Of a stretch of 63,936 nucleotides of DNA, positions 52,301-63,936 are shown one piece after another; positions within the stretch are counted from its first letter, which is position 1; every line of letters starts with the position of its first letter. A program made the position numbers and the translations under genes. Source of the DNA: Emiliania huxleyi CCMP1516 (lineage: Eukaryota); assembly GCF_000372725.1 (NCBI RefSeq), contig NW_005201298.1:187457-251392 (forward strand). Direction: 5' to 3'. The notes under the pieces were generated by a model that saw only the letters and a program-made list of their open reading frames with translations, ran no database searches and was not told the DNA's origin.

Positions 52301-53873
52301 TCACTCCCCCGCGTCCCCCTCCGACTCCTCCGCGTCGCTGCCGCAACACAGCCCTCCGAGCGGGTCCCACACCGCCGCCACCGGAGGCTCGCTTGTCCTC
52401 CTCCTCGCCGCCGCGGGTCCGCCTCCGCCGCCGCCGGCGCCGCCTCCGCCCTCCTCCCCGCCCCCCGCTTTCCGCTTTGCGCCGCCCAGCGCCTCGCTCA
52501 CGGCCGCAGCGACGGCGGCGCGGCTAGCCTCCGCCTTGGCCCCAACCTCGCTCAGCGAAGCAACCGCCTCGGCCGCGGCGGGCGGCGGCGCGGCGGCGGG
52601 CGGCGGGGGCCAGCGGCCGCACGCAGCGATTGTGACGGGCAAGCTCGGTGCGTCGCCAGCCCCTTGCGCCGGCGCGGCTGCCTCTGCGGCGGCGAGGGCT
52701 GCGTCGCCGCTCACGAGGCGGCCGAAGCGGACGTGCGACCCGGACAGGTGCGGGCAGGGGGCGAGGGTGATGTAGAACTGGGACGCGTTTGTGTCGGGGC
52801 CGGAGTTGGCCATGCAGAGCAAGCCGCGCGAGGCCTGGTCCTTTCGCAGCCCGTCGGGCTCGTCATTGAAGGACGCGCCAAACACGGACGCGTCTCCGCC
52901 TGCGATCCTCCCGCCGTGCAGCAGCTGGCCTGGCAGCAGCCGGTGGAAAGCGGTGCCGCGGTAGCAGCAAAAGACGCTCGAGGCGGGTCCGACCTCCCCG
53001 CCGCGGCCGTACAGTGCGCCAGGAACGCGGCGGCGCGCGCGGAAGCCTTCGCAGAGGCCGAGGAAGTTTGCGCTCGCCTGGGGCGCCGCTAGGAAGGGTC
53101 GAGGAAGGGCCTAGGGAGGGTCTAGGAGAGGTCTAGGAAAGGCCGAGGAAGTGTTTTGCGCCTGGGGCGCCGCCGCCTCGTCGAGCTCAAAGACCAGCTC
53201 CCCGACCTGAGGACAACACAAAAGCACTCCTGAGGACACGCCAGCGGTGGCTGAGGCGGCGGTGGGAGGGCGCCTTCACCGCCGAGCCGCCAAGATGTGC
53301 AGGCCACGTCAGTGGCATGTCGGAGTCATGTCCCGGGTGGGGGTGCGGGGTCGTGCAGAGTCTTCAGAGTGACGCGGGTCGGTGTCAAGCATTCTGCGTC
53401 AAGCATCTAGGCTCTCCGACCCTCTCGCGCCCGACCCGGAGGGAGAGGGACGCGTGCGGTGGCGCGTGCGGCGCCAGCGGCCCCGCCGCGGCGGCGTGCG
53501 CGCGGGAGGCGGCACATGCGAAGGGCGTGTCACCCGTCGAGTCGGTCGCCGCCGGGTCGGCGCCCGCCTTGAGCAGCTCCTCGACGCACGCCGCGTGGCC
53601 GTTGGCTGCGGCGGAGTGTAGAGGCGTCGAGCCGCCGTGGTTGGTTGCACAAGACAGCCCGGCCGCCTCGGGGAGGGAGAGCAGCCAGCGGAGCGCCGCC
53701 ACGTGGCCACCGGCTGCCAGCCAGTGACACGCGGTGTGGCCAGCGGTGGAGACGCCCGGCGTCTGCGAGCGGCAGAGCGATGCCGCGTCGGAAGACTCGG
53801 CGTGCAGACGCTTGAGCGTGAAGGCGTCGCCCTGGCGCGCGGCGTCGAGCCAGCGCGAGGCGAGGTCGGCCAT
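52301..53873 (-). CDS. Ankyrin-repeat plus cyclophilin-type PPIase fusion, multi-exon
   Basis: Ankyrin: GHTACHWLAAGGH, GSTPLHSAAANGHAACVEELLKAGAD. Cyclophilin: LVFEL, ANFLGLC, YRGTAFHR, GLLCMANSGPDTNASQFYIT, HVRFGRLVSG. Confidence 0.85.
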
Positions 53874-54007
53874 CTGCGGCAATTCGCTTAGGCGGCTCTG
53901 GTGGTTTGCGATAGTTAGGCTATGCCAAGTCTGTGTCGCGCCGTCTTGGGCTGCTGCTGCTGCTGCTGTTACCTCCGGTCCACCCGGAGCCGTGCTAGCG
54001 GAGCCGT

Positions 54008-54085
54008 CTCTGACAGCGTTCTGACAACGTTCTGACAGCGTTCTGACAGCGTTCTGACAGTGTTCTGACAGCCGTTCTGACAGCT
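54008..54085. repeat. (TTCTGACAGCG)n 11-mer cluster
   Basis: Its reverse complement resembles the CTCTGTCAGGA 11-mer at 22630-23670. Confidence 0.8.
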
Positions 54086-54272
54086 TTCCGACGGTAATTT
54101 ACAGTTAAGACTCACCATCTGGTCTGATTAAAGGAGAGCGATATCAGTGTCGGTTACAGCAGAAAGATTCCTTAATTCTCTCCACTACAAAAAAAGTCCG
54201 GTGGGGAACCGACATCATGGCCCCGAATGCCGTGCTCTCTAGGTAATCTGCGGGAGCTCCACAAACCAGGTT

Positions 54273-55000
54273 GGTCTCGAGCGCCTATATGAAGGTATGT
54301 GAGATGGTGATGGGAATGGGTGGTCGGGCGGGCGGGCGGGCGGGCGGGCGGGCGGGCGGGCGGGCGGGCAAGCGGGGAGAGGCGGGCGGGCGGGGCGGGG
54401 CGGGCGGGCGGGGTGATCGGAGAAATCGTAGCCACAATCAGCAGCAGCGGAGCAGCAGCAGCAGCAGCAGCTGCAGCAGCAGCAAGCAGCGGCCTGCCGC
54501 AGATTGCTGCCGTTGTCAGCGCCGCGATCCGCCGCGCCGCCGCCGCCTGCGCCGCCTGCGCTCGCCGCCTCGCAGACGCCACCTCTCGCGCTCGAAGAGC
54601 CGCGCAGCGGGCCGCGGGTTGAGGTCAAAGTGTGCAGCAAAGTGGCGAGGTCTGAAATCATCAAAATTTGCACTTGCCCGAGACAGCCCGGAAATGGTCC
54701 CGAGCCGTAGCCCCGGCGTCGGCGCATCGCATCTCGGCCGCGAAGGGCCGGTTCCGCCGCGCAGTCGAGCGGCAAGCTCCAGGGCAACTTTGTCGACTAA
54801 CTGGATGAGCAAACAATCGGCGAGGAAGCGGCACCGGCGGCACGCCGGGACGAATCCGGACTGATCACATTGTTCAGAACCGCGGCGGCGAGCCGCCGCG
54901 AGCCCACAGGAGAGCTGGGCGCCGCGGCACCAGACCGCGCCGCCAGCGAGGCGAGAGCAGCAGCCGACGACCGGCCGACATGGCAGTTAGAAAAGCGGGA
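54273..55000 (+). repeat. Dispersed repeat family B, copy 2
   Basis: See 44561-45290. Confidence 0.9.
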
Positions 55001-55535
55001 TGCTTTCTTTTCTGGTGGGGATGGTCTTTTCGGCGAGTGTGTGTGTGTGTGTGTGTGTCACTCACACTTTTCGGCGAGCACCACGGTGCTCGCGGATTCG
55101 ACCATCCGCCTGACTACCATTCCGACGACGCCTTCTGTGAGGAGGACGGCATTTGTGAGGGAGTTTTGTTGTAAAATTCTTTTCTTCTAATGGAAAATTC
55201 TTTTCGCCCGGAGATGGTGAGGTGGCCGGTGGAGGCACCCTCCTTAGCCTGGCTGTTCTTCACCTTCCTTTCTACCTACCTACCTAGTCGTCCTCGAACC
55301 TTCGACATGTAGTTGCCCATAGTTAGCGCCCGCCCGCCCCCCCCTCCGTCGCTTCGCAGAAGAAAAAACAAAATACAAACAAGCACAAGAGAAAGCGAAG
55401 CCAAAAAACGATTGCGTAAACGGCGTCACAAAGCCCGCCGGTTTTGATCGACAATCGTGAGATTGACCGCCGTAGCAGCCGCCGCCAGAGCCGCCGCCAA
55501 GGCAGCCGAGGCCGCGGTCGCGCGCGCGACCACAC

Positions 55536-56255
55536 ATGGCGCCGCCGTCGGCACAGCACCTCCAGCCCGATCTGGCGCACGTCTCCTTGCGCCATCCCGA
55601 CGTGTATCCTCCGCACATGCCAGACACGCTGTTCTTCCTCGAGATTCTGCGTGACTTGGAGCTGCGTACATGCGGGAGCACAACTGTTGTTTGCGAAGTT
55701 GGCTGTGGTGCGGCACCTCTTGCCACCCTGTTGGCCATGCATCTCGGCTCTTCGGCGGCGACTCTCGCCTTTGACCTCCACTCATCAGCGTGCTCTGCAG
55801 CTGCAGAGACGGCGCAATGCAACAACATCGTATTGCAAGTTGCACGCATGGACCTTGTTGCGGCGATGAGGCCAGGCTTGATTGACCTGCTGCTTTGCCA
55901 CCCGCCCTACGTGCCGACGAGCGCAGTGGAGCTGGAGACGGCGCGCGCCTCGTCGGGCGAAGCCAAGGCGAGCGTCGAGGCTGCGAAGGTCACATGGGCC
56001 GGCGGCCCGGGCGGCACACGTATGCTGGGTGCGCTGTGCGATGCGCTGCCACGTGTGCTGTCACCCGACGGCTTCGCGCTTGTCCTCTGGTTTGAGAGAG
56101 AGTTGAGCAGTGACGCCTTTGGGCTCGAGGCCCTCGGGCTGTGCAGCACCCTCCTCGGCGAGCGCCATGCCAACGGAGAGACCTTTTGCATCCTGCGCAT
56201 CGAGCGCGCGAGCAGCGCCTCCTCTCCGGGTGCGAGGCGTGAGGCGGCAGGGTGA
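55536..56255 (+). CDS. HemK2/N6AMT1-like SAM-dependent methyltransferase
   Basis: VYPP..DTLFFL, EVGCG, DLLLCHPPYVPT and WAGGPGG. Intronless, 239 aa. Confidence 0.8.
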   Translation: MAPPSAQHLQPDLAHVSLRHPDVYPPHMPDTLFFLEILRDLELRTCGSTTVVCEVGCGAAPLATLLAMHLGSSAATLAFDLHSSACSAAAETAQCNNIVLQVARMDLVAAMRPGLIDLLLCHPPYVPTSAVELETARASSGEAKASVEAAKVTWAGGPGGTRMLGALCDALPRVLSPDGFALVLWFERELSSDAFGLEALGLCSTLLGERHANGETFCILRIERASSASSPGARREAAG

Positions 56256-56506
56256 CGGCTGTTTGCCTGTGCCTCGCTCTGTCGCGGCGGGAAGTGGCGG
56301 TGCTCGCCCAAGCGTTCCAAGCGTGGCCGCGCGCGTGCCGTGCTGGCAGAAGCGGCGGAAATCTCGATCGACCTCGCGCCGCGCGCGTTCCGCACATCCG
56401 GCGCGGCCACAATCCACAACGCAAATGGCGGCTGCTTCACCGCGGGCGCGGCGGCGGCCGGCGCGATTGCTCTGCTGCTCCGCTCAAAGCGGCGTGCGAC
56501 CATCCA

Positions 56507-57440
56507 ATGAACCCGCCGAGCTTTGTCCTGGAGCGCTTCTTTGCCCAGTATGAATTCTCGGCAAAGTATCAGGTCCGTTGTGTACGGCGCCTCAGGGCTT
56601 TGCATTTCGCTCTGCTACCCTGCCGCGTTCGATCTGTAGCCATAACATATTTGCAAGGATGTGGCCGTACTCTCGGCGGGAATTGCTGATCATGTGCGCC
56701 GGCGACAAGGAGATGCTCACGGCATGGGATGAGCTGAGCCTCGGGTACAGAGCCGCGGCCTGCCGGCGCTGCTCAACGAGATCGCCGCGTGCTACTCAGA
56801 CCCCATTTGCGCGGAGGATGTTCTTGAGTGCGTGCCGTGCGAGGGCATACTGCTCACTGCCCAGGCGCTCGTGGCGCCCGGTGATCACGTTGTAGTCGTG
56901 TGGCCTGCCTACCAGTCTCTCTTCGAGATTGCTCGGGCACGAGGCGCGATGATCCACAGGTGGCACGTGCGCGGGGGTGGCGCCGTGCCGCTGCGCTTCG
57001 ACGTCGACGACCTGGCGGCCACGTGCGCGGCTGTGGGCGGCAAGGTCAAACTCATTGTCGTCAACTTTCCGCACAACCCTACCGGCTGCCAGCTGACTGA
57101 AAGCGAGCTGATGCGCGTTGTCGCCATCGCGCGCTCGTGCGGCGCCTTTGTGCTCGGTGATGAGATGTACCGCGGCCTCGTGTACGGCGATTCCCCGCCG
57201 CTGCCGGCCATGTGTGAGGTCTACGAAAGGGCATCTCGCTAGCGGTGCGTGCGGGCCGATAACTCGCCACCACGAGCACACCACCACCACCACTCCGTGA
57301 CGGTGGATCGAACTCGGGACCACGCTGCAGCATCGCACGCGCTGCTCATGTCCCTGGCTCGCTCTGCGCTTCGGTGCAGGGCATGTCCAAAGTCTATGCT
57401 CTCCGCGGGCTGCGCGTCGGCTGGCTCGTCTCCCAGAAGG
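56507..57440 (+). CDS. PLP-dependent aminotransferase class I/II, frameshifted; 3' end not found
   Basis: FVLERFFAQYEF, PGDHVVVVWPAYQSL, VNFPHNPTG, DEMYRGL and MSKVYALRGLRVGW (PLP Lys). Frame break near 56745. Confidence 0.75.
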
Positions 57441-57966
57441 CTAACGGGTGCGTCTCCGGTGGATCGAGCGCTCGATGTCTTAGCACCCACTGCTGAAGCC
57501 TCGCGCTCGATGTCTTAGCACCCACAGCCTGTGTGGAGACTCCAGCACTCCACACGCCACCCGTGGTGCGTGGAGCGTGTAGTTTGCCTGCGGTAGTGGG
57601 CACGCTCGCGGGCATTTTGTCTCGTTCGGGCGAATGCGGAGATCGCACAGATCGGCGAGGGACGCACGACAAGCGATGGCGCTAAGAGGTTCCTCTTCCC
57701 CCCGCCCCCCCCCCCCCACCAAGGCGCGCGATACACACGACAAAGTATCTTATCGCTCGAGCGAACGTGTATTTTAAGAACTCTTTCGCGTCGTCCTAAC
57801 TCCTATCCGTCCCCCTGGCCGCGCTTCTTGGCTACCCGGCCCCGGTTGTGATTATTGACTGCTCTAAGCGCATCGGCTCTCTAGGGGGACCAGGAGGCGG
57901 TCGTCTCCCCCGTTCTATTTTCTAATCTTTTTATCGCACCTACCACGACAGCACCATCATCGATGC

Positions 57967-60477
57967 ATGTTCCCTATAGGCAAAACTTGCCGCGATTTGA
58001 GTCCTTGGAACGCGATGCCGAGGACGCGCACGACGCGCGTTCTTGCCGTCGGCCAAGGCACTACGGGCACCCACACTATATTCAACGCGTTGTGCGCGCT
58101 CGGGGTACCCAGCGTCCACTACCGGCAAGAGTGCAACACCGGTTCGCCGTGCCGCTACACAAAGGATCGCTCGCTCGCGGGCGCCGTCAAACATGTCCCT
58201 CATGTTTGCGGAGCGGAGGGCCTTGAGCTCTACGAGTCAAAAAATGTCGTCCGCATGCGTGCGATGTACGATGCGGCCAAGGAGTTCGTGGCCAACAAAA
58301 GAGACTGCACGAGGGCCCGGCACCAGCACCTGTGCAACGTGACGGGCAACGAATGGGCTGCGGCTGCGCGGGCGACTGTCTCCGCCTTGGCGAGGGACCA
58401 GTTGAGCCTGACGGACTCGCCATACGCGCAGATGCCAAGCCTGCTGCTCAGCCTGCCTGAGCTTGTCAACACGAGCCTTTATGTCAACTCGTTGCGAACA
58501 AACGCGACCGAGTGGGCGACCTCGAGGGTTCGCGAGCACAACAGCAGCATCATGTGCAGGCAGGAGGTCTTCCCGAATGGGGACCGCCTCGACTTGCACG
58601 CGTGCGCCGAGGCATGTGGGCCCAACGTGTTTGGGGACTGCCTCGTCAGATACGACGATATGCCGCTGGAGGCGCTCGCGGGAGCTTACGAGCGCAGCGC
58701 CTCCCGGCTCCGCTCGTCGCTCCAGAAGCTCCCGTGGCAACGCCGTGTGCTGACGGTCGACATGTTTACCACCCGCATCGACACCAAGAAGGTCTCCGAC
58801 CTCATACAGCAGGCACATTCTCGCAGCCAGTGCGCAGGGACGGCGTGCATTAATGGCAGGGGTAGCTCGTTGTCGGTCGCCTCTCACAACGTCCTGATGA
58901 CATGCGCCGGCGCTGACGACGAGGCCGTGGGCTGCGCAGCCCTCTGGCCTCCGACCCCGCCCGACTTGGCGCGGTCGGGCGGCTTTCAGGGAGGGCAGAG
59001 CCTCCTCACGAGCGGCAACCAGCTCGAGCATCCCCCGCGCGCCATTGTGGTCACCATCTTTAAGAAGACCCGCCTGGCCACGCTCGTGCAGTTCCTCGAG
59101 TACTACCGCCTCATCGGCGCGAGCCGCGTCGTGTTGGTGGACAACAACTGCGGCTACGAGACGGGGCGCGTCAACCGCATACTAGCACCGTACATCCACG
59201 GCGGTTTTGTCAAACTCATGACCGAGTATCGCTGCCTCAAGCCGGGCGAGCGCACTGCCGAGGGCGACGTCTTTGCCGAGACGACGGTCATGCGGTGGGC
59301 GGCGTCCAAATCAGCGCGCGCTGGCGACCTGGTGCTCTTCCTGAGCGACGACGAGTTCCTGGTGCTCAAGGACCCGGCCTGGAGCCTCCCAATGCTCGCC
59401 CGCCAGATGCACGCGGAGCGGGTCTGCGCTGTGCACGTGCCGTGGAAGCAGTTCGGCTCTGGTGGCCACCGCTGCCAGCCCAACGGAAGCTTGCTGCGCA
59501 ACTTCCAGTCGCGAGGCCCGCTCCTCCACGAGCTGACGCCGACGGACGCGGACGCAATGCTCGAGGACGCGCACAATGCGAAGATCAATCCGCCCTTCAA
59601 AGGTAAGCCCCTCTTCTTGTGGCAGCTGTCGAAGACTTGCGCGACGCACCTCTGCTCCGACGGCTGCGACTTTGCCGATTTCACCGTCTGTGGCTACCCC
59701 AATGGTACCTTTGACAACCGCTCGGTCGGAACCAAAAGCTCCGATCAGGCCACAAAGCTGACGCGCTCTGCGGTGTGCCCCCCTTTGCTTCGGAACCAGA
59801 TGGTAGGCACATTCATCAACCACTATGCCTACCAGAGCGCAGCAGCGTGGGAGGAAAAGAAGGAGAGGGGGCGAGTGTCCGACCTGGTGGACCGCAGGGG
59901 CCCCGTTCCCTTTGAATACAATGCTCTGGTCGACGGTGCCGGCTTCAGCAAGACCTCCGAGCGCATCTCGCTCCTCTCGCCGGCGAAGCCATCGCTGCAG
60001 TCCTGTCTCCGGCGCCTGCTCGCCGACGGCGTCACCACGTCGAGAGAGCTCCTCGCGACGGGGCAAACGGATCGCCTTGGGCCAACGCTGCCTGCCTTTC
60101 ACCAGGTGGCCGAGGTGAGAAACGCCACGAGATCAAGAAGGACGCCGGAGGAGAGGAACGCCACAAGATCAAGAAGGCAGCACCCTGCCCTTGACGACGG
60201 CACGCAAAACCGTCTCCGGCGCCTGCTCGCCGACGGCGTCGCCACGTCGAGAGAGCTTCTCGCGACGGGGCAGACGGATCGCCTCGGGCCAACGCTGCCT
60301 GCCTTTCGCAGGGTGGCCGAGGTGAGAAACGCCACGAGATCAAGACGGACGCCGGAGGAGAGGAACGCCACAAGATCAAGAAGGCAGCACCCTGCCCTTG
60401 ACGACGGCATGCAAAGGCAAACGCAAGGAGAGACCCCAGCTCCCGTCCCGGTCGCCCCGGTCCCTGTGTGGATTTAA
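57967..60477 (+). CDS. Intronless 836-aa protein: P-loop sulfotransferase-like domain, GT-A (GT92/GT2-like) glycosyltransferase domain, duplicated 69-aa C-terminal segment
   Basis: RVLAVGQGTTGTHTIFNALCALG; FLEYYRLIGASRVVLVDNN, FLSDDEFL, WKQFGS and INHYAYQS. 207-bp repeat starting at 60006 and 60213. Confidence 0.7.
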   Translation: MFPIGKTCRDLSPWNAMPRTRTTRVLAVGQGTTGTHTIFNALCALGVPSVHYRQECNTGSPCRYTKDRSLAGAVKHVPHVCGAEGLELYESKNVVRMRAMYDAAKEFVANKRDCTRARHQHLCNVTGNEWAAAARATVSALARDQLSLTDSPYAQMPSLLLSLPELVNTSLYVNSLRTNATEWATSRVREHNSSIMCRQEVFPNGDRLDLHACAEACGPNVFGDCLVRYDDMPLEALAGAYERSASRLRSSLQKLPWQRRVLTVDMFTTRIDTKKVSDLIQQAHSRSQCAGTACINGRGSSLSVASHNVLMTCAGADDEAVGCAALWPPTPPDLARSGGFQGGQSLLTSGNQLEHPPRAIVVTIFKKTRLATLVQFLEYYRLIGASRVVLVDNNCGYETGRVNRILAPYIHGGFVKLMTEYRCLKPGERTAEGDVFAETTVMRWAASKSARAGDLVLFLSDDEFLVLKDPAWSLPMLARQMHAERVCAVHVPWKQFGSGGHRCQPNGSLLRNFQSRGPLLHELTPTDADAMLEDAHNAKINPPFKGKPLFLWQLSKTCATHLCSDGCDFADFTVCGYPNGTFDNRSVGTKSSDQATKLTRSAVCPPLLRNQMVGTFINHYAYQSAAAWEEKKERGRVSDLVDRRGPVPFEYNALVDGAGFSKTSERISLLSPAKPSLQSCLRRLLADGVTTSRELLATGQTDRLGPTLPAFHQVAEVRNATRSRRTPEERNATRSRRQHPALDDGTQNRLRRLLADGVATSRELLATGQTDRLGPTLPAFRRVAEVRNATRSRRTPEERNATRSRRQHPALDDGMQRQTQGETPAPVPVAPVPVWI

Positions 60478-60882
60478 ATCCGCGCCTCCTGTGCCCTGTG
60501 CTAGTTACTGTCTTTCTCAGACTGGGTTATTTGCGAGGGTTACGACATGAGCAGAAGGGGGACGGAGACGATATCTCGCAGTACTGGGACGAGTCTCTTC
60601 GAGTGTAGTCTGTAGACGCGCGTACGCGCGGCTCGCTCGGCTTTTTATCTGACTGTCTTACATGCTGTCTTAGTGAGATTATCGCAGCACCGAAAAACCG
60701 CACCCACGGTCGCTCTCGCTCGCCGCGGCGCCCTGCTCTCTATTTCTCTCTCTCCGTCCCGCACACGATGTCAAAAACACATAGATATTTCTGGGTAAGG
60801 TTGGGTGATGGGGAAGCAAGCCGCCGCAACGCACGCATGGCATGCTGCTGCGCGATGCTGCGCCTGCGCTCGGTGCGCACGA

Positions 60883-63731
<2,849 letters not shown>

Positions 63732-63936
63732 CGCGCCAGACGACACGGCGCGGCTATGTTTGGAAAAAAGAATTTATGGCTTTCCGCGCTGGACAGGCGG
63801 GGCGGCTGGCCGGCGTGGGACGGGCTGGCGAGCAAGACGCCCATTGAGTGGTACGCCGCAGAGACGGGAGGCTACGTGTTCACGGGGTGAGGCCGTGGGC
63901 CGACAGTGCCCGTGGAATGGGTTATGACGCAACCGA

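Overview
Eukaryotic, very GC-rich, intron-containing draft-assembly DNA with three N-gaps. The GC-AG introns, GGGAGATAT-type intron fillers, SPPP repeats and AP2 proteins suggest a haptophyte such as Emiliania/Gephyrocapsa huxleyi (inference). Recognisable genes are a purple acid phosphatase, plastid-targeted ribosomal protein L17, two incomplete trypsin-like genes, a large UBA/Ufd2-core/BIRC6-type E2 fusion, a 2OG-Fe(II) oxygenase, a Cys-rich two-AP2 protein, an A1 aspartic protease, an ankyrin gene, an acyl-CoA oxidase/dehydrogenase, two methyltransferases, a bacterial-type GlmS, an ankyrin-cyclophilin, a PLP aminotransferase, a sulfotransferase/glycosyltransferase-like fusion and BiP. The most striking signal is intron architecture. 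Many introns are about 60-85 nt units that begin with a 15-30 nt copy of the next exon and/or end with a copy of the previous exon. The rest is filler from a few shared, often hairpin-forming, families. These units are often stacked head-to-tail (up to 12 times), each running from a donor to an AG. Exon boundaries were inferred by eye from protein motifs; there is no transcript evidence.
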